From: a virus
Taxonomy: Duplodnaviria; Caudoviricetes
IMG/VR virus record: IMGVR_UViG_3300033066_002329
Span: 1 to 64,000 of that record
Strand: one strand, 5' to 3'
DNA length: 64,000 bases
How positions within the stretch are numbered: the first letter of the stretch is position 1; each line of letters opens with the position of its first letter. A program made the position numbers and the translations under genes. Under the pieces are notes generated by a model. It ran no database searches. It saw only the letters and a program-made list of their open reading frames with translations, and was not told the DNA's origin. Positions 27,755-38,599 of the stretch are shown here, one piece after another.

Positions 27755-29566
27755 TTAGCGGCCCATCACTATCTCCACACGACGGTTTTTAGCTCTACCG
27801 CTTGCGCTATTATTATCAGCAATTGGCTCTAATTGACCTCTACCTTGTACCTTTGCAAATCTTGACTCAGGATAATTAGCAGAAGATTTATTTTGTAACC
27901 ATTGTTTAACAGCTTGAGCACGTGCTTCAGATAATGACATATTAGAACTTGGATTTCCAACATCGTCTGTATGACCAAATATTTCTACTTGTAAACCACT
28001 TGCAATGTTTAATTGGTCATATAAGTTTTCTAATGTATTTAAAGCTTGTGGTGTAAAATTAGCACTACCAGTTTCAAATTCAATAGACCATGCACGCTTA
28101 GCAACTGTCTCACTTAAAGAACCTGTGTTATTATATGTAATTTTATCAGCAGAAACTAAATTGTTACTTCTTGATTTAACATTTAACATATAGCTTAAAT
28201 CTAATACACTTGCAATTTCAGGATATGTTTTAACATATTCAGGGTAAATTGAACTTACGATGTCACCGAACACTTTATAAACAGATGCATATACATTTGT
28301 CTTATTGTTACCAATACCATATAATTCAAGATTATCTGATAAATTAAACACTTTAGACCCACCTAATGAAACCATATTACCTTGAGCGTCTGATTGTGTT
28401 ACACCACGATAATATTTAACCCAATATGTACCATCTTTTTCATTATAAATTTTAGCACTAATTTCTCCAGCTTTTGTTAAAGCATCAGGATATGTTTTAA
28501 TTTGGTCTCCTGCATCAGCAATAGCCTTAATCATATCTTCAACATGCTTACGATTATCTTGCATATATTTTTTAATACCAATTACAACATTAGGCATTTG
28601 AGAACTATATTCTTTTGTAGATACAATACGAACTAAACCTCCTTTATTTTCAGCAACCATTACGTCACCAGGAGTCCAAGTAGTTGTACAGTTAACTGTA
28701 ATTTTCTTTTTATCACCAGTCTTAACTGTTTTACCAGTCTTTTCATCACGCTTTACTACATCACGCTCTTCAGAGTAACCTGAAATATATTTTTGAGCAG
28801 CATCAATAAAATCATTTGCAGCGACAAAATTCATAGCTTGTGGGTCATAAGTTTTTTCGTCTGTATTAACTGGAATTCCATTGTCTGAACACCATTTAAT
28901 TACAATATTCCAGTCCCCATCACGAAGAAAAGCAGAACAAACCATACCACGAGCATTTTGCGGATTTTCTTTTACGCTTGGAGCAGCCATAAATTGGTCT
29001 TCCCCATTAGATTTACCACAAGAATAAATAATTTGTGCAACATATTCATCACCTAACTTAGACAACTCGTTGTTAACACCTGATAAGAAAGCTGCTGCTC
29101 CATCTCCCATAATTGCTACGAAATTTGTACCTACAGCTGTTGAAGGATTGTTTTTATAATCATTAGCAAACTTAATTAAGTTTGCGGCCATTTGATTACA
29201 ATCGTCCTGTCTTTTAATAGTTAAATTAACATTATTCTTTTCCATTAAAGAACCTTGAGTAGTTTGAGGACCACCATTAGCTAAATTTAATCCCATTTGA
29301 GAATTCCAAGCCATAATTTCAAATGTCATACGTGGAGAATTTACTGTTGCAAGAGCATCTGTAGGCAAACCTGCAAATGCTACAGTTCCGCCTTGAACAT
29401 CTTTAGGAGCATCTGGTAAAATAACACTATTTACTTCTACTGTTTGCTTTATTTCTTTAGCGAAAAGCAACTCAGAATCTACGACTAACCATTTGATTCC
29501 GAAAATTAACGCTACTACTAATCCTGCTAAGGCTATCTTAGCTCCTGGTTTGATTTTTGTTTTCAT
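27755..29566 (-). CDS. ABC substrate-binding-like protein with C-terminal OmpA peptidoglycan-binding domain
   Basis: FETGSA...GHTD...LSEARA...NRRVEI; N-terminal TM. Confidence 0.85.
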   Translation of the reverse strand: MKTKIKPGAKIALAGLVVALIFGIKWLVVDSELLFAKEIKQTVEVNSVILPDAPKDVQGGTVAFAGLPTDALATVNSPRMTFEIMAWNSQMGLNLANGGPQTTQGSLMEKNNVNLTIKRQDDCNQMAANLIKFANDYKNNPSTAVGTNFVAIMGDGAAAFLSGVNNELSKLGDEYVAQIIYSCGKSNGEDQFMAAPSVKENPQNARGMVCSAFLRDGDWNIVIKWCSDNGIPVNTDEKTYDPQAMNFVAANDFIDAAQKYISGYSEERDVVKRDEKTGKTVKTGDKKKITVNCTTTWTPGDVMVAENKGGLVRIVSTKEYSSQMPNVVIGIKKYMQDNRKHVEDMIKAIADAGDQIKTYPDALTKAGEISAKIYNEKDGTYWVKYYRGVTQSDAQGNMVSLGGSKVFNLSDNLELYGIGNNKTNVYASVYKVFGDIVSSIYPEYVKTYPEIASVLDLSYMLNVKSRSNNLVSADKITYNNTGSLSETVAKRAWSIEFETGSANFTPQALNTLENLYDQLNIASGLQVEIFGHTDDVGNPSSNMSLSEARAQAVKQWLQNKSSANYPESRFAKVQGRGQLEPIADNNSASGRAKNRRVEIVMGR

Positions 29567-29597
29567 TTTTTGTTTTTAATTTATAATTTATAATAAC

Positions 29598-29626
29598 TTA
29601 TACGTTGTTTTTTTAAAAAAGTTTCA
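29598..29626 (-). promoter_or_regulatory. ECF-sigma-type promoter TGAAAC-N16-CGTATAA
   Basis: Same motif and spacing as other copies. Confidence 0.65.
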
Positions 29627-29627
29627 A

Positions 29628-30758
29628 TTACCAACGTTTAACTTCACTTCTTAATACACGTCCAATTAAGATTGAAGGCATTGAATGTAATCCATATCTA
29701 TTAAAATAGATTGTTTTATTATCTCCACTTAAAGCTGTAATATAAGTTACTAATAATTTTGTTGCACTAATTAATTGTAATTGATTATAAATTTTTAATG
29801 CACCCTTATATGCTTTCTGTTTCTTTTCATCAGCAATTTGTTTTTCTTGAAGAGATTTATAATATTCTCTATCTTGAATATCTGATAAAAAAGCTTTTAA
29901 TTTATCAAGATTTACTGGAACCATTTGACCATCTAAAGAAGCATCAGGATAAAGTAAAGTTGTAATTGCAAATGCAGCACCTCCTGAAAGATATAATTCA
30001 TTTCTATCTTCTGCTCCATCAATATTTGAAAAACTGTTTTTAATTTCTACTTTAAGAGAATCAAAACATTTATTCATACCTGCAATAAATGCTTGACGTT
30101 CTTGGTCTTTATCATCAGGATGAGATGACATATAACTTTTTGTAATTAACTCAGCAATACGAACAGACCCTAAATCGAAGTTTACTGGAATAGCAGTTAA
30201 TGAATTACCTTCTTTAACAATATATCCACCTTTTGTATTCGAGCCTCCTTGGTCAAGGACTAATGCATTATCAATTTTTTCATAAGGAATAGTACCTGCA
30301 ATTGTATATTTAGCTTCTTCAGTTTCTTTTACTACATATACACCATGTCCAGTTTTTGCCTTAACGGCCTCACAAAATTCATCAATATTTTTTGCCACAC
30401 CAACACCTGAAGACGTATAGAAAAATACATTTTTGTCATCAAGGCCAGCTGATTTATATCTTTCTAATAATTCACTATATGAATCATAAGAAGCAGAAGC
30501 AGCAGAAGCAATATCTTGAGGAGATATTTTACCAGTAGATTGGAAATTTTTAGACAAACCAATATTTAACTCTTTATTCTCAACTGGAACATAATGTCTA
30601 AAAGCTGCATCGGTATAGGCTATTACACCTAATTTAATGCCTTTACCGCCATATTCAACATACATTGTTAATTTAGTTGTGTTCTTTGGAACATTTGGAG
30701 TTTGCGCACCTAAAGTGAAAGCAAATAAAAGTGCGAAGATACAAAATATTTTTTTCAT
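29628..30758 (-). CDS. secreted ASKHA-fold (Ppx/GppA-like) protein
   Basis: VEYGGKGIK; VLDQGGSNT; LSGGAA; signal peptide. Confidence 0.65.
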   Translation of the reverse strand: MKKIFCIFALLFAFTLGAQTPNVPKNTTKLTMYVEYGGKGIKLGVIAYTDAAFRHYVPVENKELNIGLSKNFQSTGKISPQDIASAASASYDSYSELLERYKSAGLDDKNVFFYTSSGVGVAKNIDEFCEAVKAKTGHGVYVVKETEEAKYTIAGTIPYEKIDNALVLDQGGSNTKGGYIVKEGNSLTAIPVNFDLGSVRIAELITKSYMSSHPDDKDQERQAFIAGMNKCFDSLKVEIKNSFSNIDGAEDRNELYLSGGAAFAITTLLYPDASLDGQMVPVNLDKLKAFLSDIQDREYYKSLQEKQIADEKKQKAYKGALKIYNQLQLISATKLLVTYITALSGDNKTIYFNRYGLHSMPSILIGRVLRSEVKRW

Positions 30759-30777
30759 GATTTTGTGTTTTAGTTTT

Positions 30778-31164
30778 TTAATTAAAGTTTACGTTTAAAT
30801 TTTCTCTGTCTTCTTTTTTCTTTTTTTCTTGTTTTTTCTCAGGTTTAGCGACAGATTCTTTCTTAACCTTTGAATTTTGTTTTTTTACCTCTGTAGCTAC
30901 TTCTTGCGTAGATAAATTTTTATTTTCTGTAACTACACTCACTGTATTAGTTGAAGAAGTTACTGGAACAACTACTGGAGTTTCTGCTACTGTACTTATT
31001 GAAGTAGCTTGAACTGATGTAGGTGTAGAGGTAGAAACTTCTGCATTTGCAGTAGTTGTAACTTCTGTTTTTTTAGGTGCAAATGCAAAGTATAATCCGA
31101 ATATACCACCTACGATTAATGCAGCTAAAAAGATTTTAAATGCTGGTTTAATTTTTGTTTTCAT
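30778..31164 (-). CDS. membrane-anchored low-complexity protein
   Basis: N-terminal TM; Thr/Val/Lys-rich. Confidence 0.6.
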   Translation of the reverse strand: MKTKIKPAFKIFLAALIVGGIFGLYFAFAPKKTEVTTTANAEVSTSTPTSVQATSISTVAETPVVVPVTSSTNTVSVVTENKNLSTQEVATEVKKQNSKVKKESVAKPEKKQEKKKKEDRENLNVNFN

Positions 31165-31179
31165 TTTTTTATTGGTTTT

Positions 31180-32232
31180 TTATTGATTTTTTAGTTTAAA
31201 ATATTTACCTGTTTTTCCTGATTCATTATTTGACTTGCTTATTGGAGTTGGAGAAGGTATTTTAGTTAAGTCAACATAATTATTACTTCCCTGAGAAATA
31301 GCATTAGGAGTTGCTTGGTCTTTTTTTCCAAAGATAGCATCAATTCCATCTTGGTCAAATTTTTCCAATAATTTCATACCTTTTTCTGCATAAATTTCAT
31401 CATCAACTTCAACACAACTAATGAATTCCATAGAATCTTCTAACATCTTATCCATTTGACCAACTTTACCTCCAATGTCATCAACTACAAATTCCATAGC
31501 TTCATCAAAAATAATTTTCTTATCAGAATTTCCTTGAATAATACTCATTGCTGATTTCATTACAGAATGACCTTTTGTTATAGACTCTCTTTCTTCTTTA
31601 GCCTCTTCAACTTGCATTTCAGTTTCTTTAACCATGATAGAAGAGTAGTATTTCATTTTTTCTAAAACTCTATAAAGAACTTCCATTCTATTAGCTAAGG
31701 CCTGTAACTTATCAATTGATGCTTTAAGACGCATTCCTTGTCTTGCATGCATTTCTGCTTCGGCCCTTCTGTCTTTATCGTTTTTTAGTTGATTAGCTCT
31801 ATTTAAAGACATTTCACATTCATCTTTTTTCTTAGCTATTTTTAAATTTAAAGACCCTATCTGAGCTTTTAATTCAGTAAGCTGTTCTCCCATTTTAACC
31901 ATTTTCTCTTTAACATCTTCTACATAAGATTCTAAGATTGCTATAGGATTAAGTTCAATAGCTAAACCTGTAAAGAAACGCATCAACCCTTTGAAAAGAT
32001 ACCAAATAGTTGTTCTAAATCTATTATTCATCAAAAGTGAAATGATGAAAAATAAACCTACTCCAAGACCTATAGCAGTATAAAGATTTTGCATTAAATC
32101 AATAATAGATGGGAGCGCTTTATATAAAAAATAACCACCTAGACCTATTAATCCTGCTAATACAACCATTCCTGGTTTTCCTTCTGGCTTTTTCCAGAAT
32201 GATGTTGTTGTTTTTGAAATTTCGTTACTCAT
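31180..32232 (-). CDS. membrane-anchored PspA-like coiled-coil protein
   Basis: Two TM helices then long coiled coil. Confidence 0.55.
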   Translation of the reverse strand: MSNEISKTTTSFWKKPEGKPGMVVLAGLIGLGGYFLYKALPSIIDLMQNLYTAIGLGVGLFFIISLLMNNRFRTTIWYLFKGLMRFFTGLAIELNPIAILESYVEDVKEKMVKMGEQLTELKAQIGSLNLKIAKKKDECEMSLNRANQLKNDKDRRAEAEMHARQGMRLKASIDKLQALANRMEVLYRVLEKMKYYSSIMVKETEMQVEEAKEERESITKGHSVMKSAMSIIQGNSDKKIIFDEAMEFVVDDIGGKVGQMDKMLEDSMEFISCVEVDDEIYAEKGMKLLEKFDQDGIDAIFGKKDQATPNAISQGSNNYVDLTKIPSPTPISKSNNESGKTGKYFKLKNQ

Positions 32233-32249
32233 TTTTTCAGTTGTTTTTA

Positions 32250-32990
32250 TTATTTAATGTAAGTATTGATATTTAATTTATCTCTTTCAATCTCTCCTTT
32301 TACGATATCAATAGTTACCTTAAAGTTTTTACCTGTAGCTTCAATTTTATCTTTCATTTGCTGAGCCTCTATAGTGTCTTGATTAATAGACATATTTAAC
32401 TCTGCAATTTCAGCATTTAACTTAGCTATTTGCTCTGTTTTAGAAACTATAGTTTGTTGTTTTTCTTGAGCTGAATTTAAACGAGACTGAACTTGGTTAG
32501 TCATTTCCTTTGCCATTTCAGTGTTAAACTCTACTTCTTCTTTGTTTAATACATCAATGTAATGGTCAGCTGTTGTTACAAAATGTTCTTTTGCAACATT
32601 TTGATTTGATACTTGAGCCATAGCTTGAATTGATTCATATGCCATTTGATATTTTTGCGGCTCAGATAAATTTGGAATTGTTTCTTGACGTTTTCTAATT
32701 TTTGCAAACTCAAGATAATCATAACCCTCTAAGTTATTTTTATCTAAAATCACTTGCAATTCATTGTAAAAATTAGAATCAAATACTCCATTATTTTGTA
32801 ATGGATTTGGATTTGTAGAATAATTAAATGAACTCGGAATAGGAGCAGTAGCAGTAATTGTATCTACAACTGTCTCTTTTTTTGAGGGTTGGTCATTAGT
32901 ATCTGGAACTTCTTCTACAACCCAGCTTTTCATTTTTGAAAAAAAACTACTTGAGCTTTTTTCTTTATTGTTATCTTTTTCTTGTGACAT
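32250..32990 (-). CDS. coiled-coil hypothetical protein
   Basis: ORF in operon. Confidence 0.65.
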   Translation of the reverse strand: MSQEKDNNKEKSSSSFFSKMKSWVVEEVPDTNDQPSKKETVVDTITATAPIPSSFNYSTNPNPLQNNGVFDSNFYNELQVILDKNNLEGYDYLEFAKIRKRQETIPNLSEPQKYQMAYESIQAMAQVSNQNVAKEHFVTTADHYIDVLNKEEVEFNTEMAKEMTNQVQSRLNSAQEKQQTIVSKTEQIAKLNAEIAELNMSINQDTIEAQQMKDKIEATGKNFKVTIDIVKGEIERDKLNINTYIK

Positions 32991-33072
32991 TTTATTTATT
33001 TTTTTAACGGTTTTACAAATTTATACGAGCAAAATTAAAAAAAGTTGCGGGATTTCACAACTTTTTTTAATT

Positions 33073-33477
33073 TTATTTTAAAAATTCACTTAAATTATCA
33101 GGTAAAACAATTTTACAAGAATCATTTTCTATTGTAACAGGAATACGTACAACCTTTTTAGTTGCAAATACTTTAGCATCTGGATAATTTAAAATAATAT
33201 TCTCATTTTCTTTAGTTTCTGATTTTAAAGCCCCTAAAGCATATCCAAATTTAAATTTATTTTTATAAAATTCTAATACTTTATCCTTTCCATGTTTCTT
33301 TATGGATTTTGCACTAGTAAATTTTAACATATAGTCATAATTTCCTTGTGCATAAAAGATTTTAAACATATTTCCAAAATCAGAACCATAAATCATCGCA
33401 GGGTTAGAAAATGGTCCTTTTTGAGAAAAAGAACTTAAACTGGCAAGTAATAATAAAGTTAAAATTAAATTTTTCAT
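33073..33477 (-). CDS. hypothetical secreted protein
   Basis: Signal peptide. Confidence 0.6.
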   Translation of the reverse strand: MKNLILTLLLLASLSSFSQKGPFSNPAMIYGSDFGNMFKIFYAQGNYDYMLKFTSAKSIKKHGKDKVLEFYKNKFKFGYALGALKSETKENENIILNYPDAKVFATKKVVRIPVTIENDSCKIVLPDNLSEFLK

Positions 33478-33539
33478 TGTTTTTATTTTATCTTATTATA
33501 CGTTTTCTTTTAAAAAAAGTTTCAGAATATTTATATTAA

Positions 33540-34205
33540 ATGAATAATAACATTAAAATACTTGAATTAAGAAAGTTATTTAAAGAGTTTGGATTTCTTA
33601 AAGTAGATGAAGAATATAAAAAAGAAATTCAAAACATCTATGGACCAGAATTTTCAAAAACAGTTCAAGCAATTTTTAAAAAAAATCCAGATTTAAATAT
33701 ACTTTATAATAATTCTGAAAATTTATCTGAAGAAATTTCAACCAGCAATAAAGATAAAACTATTGGAGTTGAATTATATCAAGAAAACAACAATTATAAT
33801 TCCTTAGAATTATATACTAGTTGTGCAAATAAAAATGCTTTAAATGAAATAAAAGAAGAACATAAAAAAAGTGAGGAAATAAAAAAATTATATAGAAAAA
33901 TAGCGAATAAAACACATCCTGATAAAATACAAATAAAATTTTTAAATGACTTATATTTAAAGGCAAAAAACGCTTACAATTCTAATGACATCTTTACAAT
34001 TTATCTCATATGCAATGATTTAGATATAGAATATGATTTTCCAAAAGAAGAATTTTCTAACTTTAAATTAATTGTAAAAAATCTTAAAGCCCAAAATATG
34101 TTTATCGAACAAACATACCTTTGGGCTTGGATTAATGAGGAAAATGAAGAGATAAAAAACCAAATAATATTACATTATATCTCTAATGCCTATAAAAAAA
34201 ATTAA
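33540..34205 (+). CDS. J-domain-containing protein
   Basis: LYRKIANKTHPDK. Confidence 0.7.
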   Translation: MNNNIKILELRKLFKEFGFLKVDEEYKKEIQNIYGPEFSKTVQAIFKKNPDLNILYNNSENLSEEISTSNKDKTIGVELYQENNNYNSLELYTSCANKNALNEIKEEHKKSEEIKKLYRKIANKTHPDKIQIKFLNDLYLKAKNAYNSNDIFTIYLICNDLDIEYDFPKEEFSNFKLIVKNLKAQNMFIEQTYLWAWINEENEEIKNQIILHYISNAYKKN

Positions 34206-34828
34206 GATTTTACAATTGCATTTTCAGACCAAAATCTCACAGACCAGTCATAAGCTTTTTTATCTAAAGGAACTCCTGAACCACCCTCTTCCATTCCTAA
34301 TGCATTTCTCATCATTGTGATTGGCTGCATAGGTTCTTCATTGGAATGACTTTGTCCAAGAATAGCAACAACTCCCCACTCTTCATCTTCAGCTAATTCA
34401 AAATCAGGAATAATTGAATTTACATCAGCTTGCATTTTTTGTTTTTCATACTCTTTAAACAATTGCTCTCTGGAATAAACTACAACAATAAGAAAATTAG
34501 CCTTTGGAGCTGGGATTGGTAATTCAAACCATCTTGATAACACTGGAAGCTCTTGCTCTGTACGAGAAGAATAACCATGACGTAAATATTGAAAATTTGA
34601 TAAGTCTATTTTCATAGAGCCAACTTTAGCATCTGTAAAATTATCAATTGCTAATAATTTACAAAATGGAGCATATCCATCCATTATTTTTACAAACCCT
34701 TGAGATAATTCTTCTTCTAAGTGTTTTTCAAATTGATTAATTGTTGTATTGGTTATTTTTGTACCGCCCGATTTAGTTTCAAAATGACGTTTACCAAAAT
34801 TTGTGATTTTTACTTTTCCAAAAGACAT
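34202..34828 (-). CDS. DUF3228-like protein
   Basis: GYAPFCK...ELPVLSRWF...PMQPITMMRNALG..EGGSG. Confidence 0.7.
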   Translation of the reverse strand: MSFGKVKITNFGKRHFETKSGGTKITNTTINQFEKHLEEELSQGFVKIMDGYAPFCKLLAIDNFTDAKVGSMKIDLSNFQYLRHGYSSRTEQELPVLSRWFELPIPAPKANFLIVVVYSREQLFKEYEKQKMQADVNSIIPDFELAEDEEWGVVAILGQSHSNEEPMQPITMMRNALGMEEGGSGVPLDKKAYDWSVRFWSENAIVKS

Positions 34829-34891
34829 AGTTATTTTATTAAATTCGTTTTTTATACGAATAGAAATAAAATAAGTTTCAATAAAAATAAA

Positions 34892-35215
34892 TTATTTTAT
34901 AATATAAGCATATTGACCATTCTCAAGCATACTTAAATGTTGCGGTGCCCTGAATAAATTAGGCCCAACATATGATGTATTTGCAGAAACATAAAATTCC
35001 ATTATCTCTTTTTCGCTTGTTTGTACTTTGCAAATCCATCCATTTCTGATTTTTTTCGCATCTTCAAGAGCTTTGAGCTCATAATTTTCTCCATGAGATG
35101 TACATTCATAAAATATATCACCTTTTTTTAATTCTTTTATTTCTAAATAAAAGTCTTTCCAATCTTCTCCCTCTTTAAATAAAGACGGACTAATAATTTT
35201 TGCTTCTTTTTCCAT
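34892..35215 (-). CDS. hypothetical protein
   Basis: ORF. Confidence 0.55.
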   Translation of the reverse strand: MEKEAKIISPSLFKEGEDWKDFYLEIKELKKGDIFYECTSHGENYELKALEDAKKIRNGWICKVQTSEKEIMEFYVSANTSYVGPNLFRAPQHLSMLENGQYAYIIK

Positions 35216-35360
35216 AATAACTAAGTTTTTTAGTTTAATAAAGAACGATTTTATTGTCTTTTATAAATATGTAAAACTTATTTTTATTATAAAAAAGTTA
35301 ATAAAAAAAGGCTCAAAATTGAGCCTTTAATTTATTGATTTTCAATATTTTATATATTTT

Positions 35361-36419
35361 TTAACTTCCACATCCACCTCCACAGCCTCCTCCTCCACAG
35401 CCGCTACTACAACCGCTTGAACCACAGCCGCTTGAGCCTCCACTATCACTTCCGCAACCGTGCCCTCCTCCACTGTCTCCTCCATGACCACTATCTCCTC
35501 CGTGACCACCACCATGATTAGAGTCCGCTCCACAGCCTAAAAAAGAACCAGCTATTGTACAGCCTGTACCTCCTGAATCGCTTGAACTACTGTTACTTTC
35601 TTTTTTTGAACTTTCGGAATTTGTTTTTTTAGAAGACGAACTCTTACTCGAATAACTTGAATTAGTTGTTTTTTTAATATTATCTTTGTTACTTGCATAA
35701 TATCCTATGTCATTTTTAACATAATTACTATAACTACTGCTACGTTTTTCTTTCGTAAAGTATCTATATATACCATGCACAACAAAAAATGTAACAAGAC
35801 CAGCTAAAAAAAATAAAATTAAATCTGAATTATCTGAATTATCTGAATTTGATGCAGACATTAAAGTCACACAAGTAAAAAACCCAATTAAAGCTATTGA
35901 ATATACAATTAAATGTTTTTTAATTTTTGCCTTATTAAGGACAATATTATCATTCATATTTACTCTTTTAAAGTTTATATCTTCAAAGCGTTTTTTTGTG
36001 TTAGGCCATATGTCTGACGGAGCTTTTTCTCCAAATTCTGACTCATAAAAGTCAAGAGTGAATTGATATTGGTCTTTATATTTAACTGTTTCCTGATTTC
36101 CTCCTTTAGTAGGGCCATGATGTAATGATACACCTAAAGTTTCTTTACACAAATCAGTCCAATAAGAGTGAGTATAAATCATATGAAGATGCCATGCTTG
36201 GTCTACTTCTTCCGAAGGAGTTAAAGACTTACCAGAAATTACTGAAAGATATAAGAATTTCTTATATTCATTAATTACTCTTTTGGAATATTCACGACTC
36301 CAACCATTTTCTTTTGATAATCTACTTGAAAAAGGGAAAGATGATGTGGGGCTATCAAGATTAAAATCTGATATTTTTTTCCACAATTCTATTTGTTTAT
36401 TTTTATCTTGTATTCTCAT
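35361..36419 (-). CDS. glycine-rich-domain (TIGR04222-like) membrane protein
   Basis: EYKKFLYL...PSEEVDQAWHLH; G/C/S-rich tail. Confidence 0.7.
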   Translation of the reverse strand: MRIQDKNKQIELWKKISDFNLDSPTSSFPFSSRLSKENGWSREYSKRVINEYKKFLYLSVISGKSLTPSEEVDQAWHLHMIYTHSYWTDLCKETLGVSLHHGPTKGGNQETVKYKDQYQFTLDFYESEFGEKAPSDIWPNTKKRFEDINFKRVNMNDNIVLNKAKIKKHLIVYSIALIGFFTCVTLMSASNSDNSDNSDLILFFLAGLVTFFVVHGIYRYFTKEKRSSSYSNYVKNDIGYYASNKDNIKKTTNSSYSSKSSSSKKTNSESSKKESNSSSSDSGGTGCTIAGSFLGCGADSNHGGGHGGDSGHGGDSGGGHGCGSDSGGSSGCGSSGCSSGCGGGGCGGGCGS

Positions 36420-36465
36420 ATTATTAATTTATACGAAATTACAAAAAAAAAGTTACAGACAAAAT

Positions 36466-37059
36466 TTATTTTTTAAGATTACCGAACTCATCAAAGTCTT
36501 CAACTTCTGGAAATTGTGAAGGAATACCAGGATATGCTCGTACAGAACCAGTAGATGAAATATTCATTCCATCTCTCTCTTCTATTTTCTTATCATTTTT
36601 TAAGACTTTATTACCTATGCCTATTTCTCTTATTATACCACTTAATTTTAACTTTTGAATAGGTGTCCAATTAAGTATTTTTTTACTATCTGCAGCAGCA
36701 GCTCCAGTAGCTTTATTAAATGCAATGGTAATATGTGGTATATCATTTTTTGAATAATATCCAGATACTCCAAAGGCTATAGCATTTTCTGAAATTCCAA
36801 TCATATCAACAGTGAGTTCAACATCCTTATTTAAATCGCCTCTTAATCTTAATGTTTCTGGCAATCCACCATGAGCAATTGTCATATGATAATGAGCTGG
36901 TTCGCTCCAACCATCAGGAATATAATTTTTAGAAAATTCTTGTATCTTCTGTATTTCTGATGGTTCTTCAATTACAACTGCAGAGTATAAAACATCACGA
37001 TTTAAATATACTTCACTTAATGTTTTTCTAATTATATTACGAAGTTTATTCAGCATCAA
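36466..37059 (-). CDS. 2H phosphoesterase; N-terminal LRNIIRK motif
   Basis: Two HxT motifs (YHMTI, PHITI). Confidence 0.75.
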   Translation of the reverse strand: MMLNKLRNIIRKTLSEVYLNRDVLYSAVVIEEPSEIQKIQEFSKNYIPDGWSEPAHYHMTIAHGGLPETLRLRGDLNKDVELTVDMIGISENAIAFGVSGYYSKNDIPHITIAFNKATGAAAADSKKILNWTPIQKLKLSGIIREIGIGNKVLKNDKKIEERDGMNISSTGSVRAYPGIPSQFPEVEDFDEFGNLKK

Positions 37060-38116
37060 AACTTTTCATTAAATTGTAAATCATCTGTCTATACTCATCT
37101 GTTTGAGTCATATCTATTCTCTTAAGATTTTGAATATTACCATTTCTCAAAATTTGTTTATTTTCTAAGAAGACTTTTAATAAACCTTTCGAATCTGTAA
37201 ATTGATGTTCTATTTCAAAATTTGTACCAAATGATTCATTAAATTCTTTAATTTTTTCTTCAAACATTTTTAATTCTTTAAGATGTTTATTACTCATCAA
37301 ATCAAGTCCAGATATTTTTGATTCATTTATTTTAGCATCAATTGAAAACATTACATATTTGTGATTAATTGATTTATTAGAAAACCTCTCATCTAGTATT
37401 TCAGATTTTGTAATATTTACAATTTCACTACCTTCAATAAAATACATAAGCCATTCAAACATAAAATCAGGTAATTTAACATTCCCTCCTCTATCTAAAA
37501 CTCCATTTTTACAGTCAATACCTCTTTCTATGCCAACTTGTAAATCATCCTTTAACCTTTTATTGTACATCATCTCACCTGGAGTAACTCCCCTAAATTC
37601 AGGTTCATTATTCATTGGGTAAAATCTTCCATTTTTATCTTTAGGCAAATCTCTTACATCTGTAAATTGCTTATTAACATCATATAACATTCCTCCAACA
37701 ACATCCTCATATTTTGCTCTTAAATCGTTCTCAGAAGGTTGTATTTTTTTTGTTTCTCCAAGAGTATTTCTAATTGATTTAATGCTTTCTATTGGTATAC
37801 CAGTCCTATTTGAAGCATATTTATAATCAGCTTCTCTTAAATTTTTTTCTGATATAGAAATAAAATCATCTAAAAATTGTTTTTGAAAATCATCCAAAGG
37901 CCATTTAAGATGATTGAATTTTTTTGTTATAGGTTTACCTGCATATCTACCATCGCTCTCATTTAAAGAAATAGCCGAATCCATAAAAGAGATAGAACCC
38001 ATAGGTCTTTTTAAAACTGGAATAGAAACTTTTGAATTCTTTTTTTTCTTTTTAATTCTTTTAGTTTCTTCAGTTATTAATTTTAAAATAATATCTAAAG
38101 TACTTTTTGTATTCAT
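37046..38116 (-). CDS. hypothetical protein
   Basis: Long ORF with LNE linker. Confidence 0.65.
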   Translation of the reverse strand: MNTKSTLDIILKLITEETKRIKKKKKNSKVSIPVLKRPMGSISFMDSAISLNESDGRYAGKPITKKFNHLKWPLDDFQKQFLDDFISISEKNLREADYKYASNRTGIPIESIKSIRNTLGETKKIQPSENDLRAKYEDVVGGMLYDVNKQFTDVRDLPKDKNGRFYPMNNEPEFRGVTPGEMMYNKRLKDDLQVGIERGIDCKNGVLDRGGNVKLPDFMFEWLMYFIEGSEIVNITKSEILDERFSNKSINHKYVMFSIDAKINESKISGLDLMSNKHLKELKMFEEKIKEFNESFGTNFEIEHQFTDSKGLLKVFLENKQILRNGNIQNLKRIDMTQTDEYRQMIYNLMKSFDAE

Positions 38117-38118
38117 AA

Positions 38119-38538
38119 TTAGTCACCTTCTGTTCCAAAACTTTTCAATGCATTAGTTTGCATTTTTTCCATTGCTTTATATGGCTCATTTAAAATTTGA
38201 ATAGACCCATCTAAATTAACTGCAAATAATGGTTCTTCTCCATATTTTTCTTTAAAATCGTTAATATATCCATTCATCTTAAATATTTTATTTGATGTTG
38301 GATGAGTCCAAGCCTCAGAACCTAATATATCATCCTTAGATAAAATATGAGTTTTTCCTATCCCTTCAATTGAAGGCAAATAAGCATTACCTCTATTTTT
38401 AAAATCTACCTCTTTTCTAGTTTGTGGCAATTCATTAAATGGTCTAACCTGAAGAATATCAACCCCTTTAATAATAGGAGTTTTTTCTTGTTCAAATAAT
38501 CTTTCAAGAGCTTCTCTGATATATTGTCTAAGTTTCAT
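38119..38538 (-). CDS. hypothetical protein with LRQYIREALE motif
   Basis: ORF; TATTTAT upstream. Confidence 0.6.
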   Translation of the reverse strand: MKLRQYIREALERLFEQEKTPIIKGVDILQVRPFNELPQTRKEVDFKNRGNAYLPSIEGIGKTHILSKDDILGSEAWTHPTSNKIFKMNGYINDFKEKYGEEPLFAVNLDGSIQILNEPYKAMEKMQTNALKSFGTEGD

Positions 38539-38570
38539 AACCTTTTTGTAATAAATAGCCTAAAAAAGCA

Positions 38571-38596
38571 AAAAAGCCTGGCATATACCAGGCTTT
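38571..38596 (-). terminator. terminator ending tRNA operon 2
   Basis: AAAGCCTGG-TATATG-CCAGGCTTTTT. Confidence 0.65.
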
Positions 38597-38599
38597 CTA

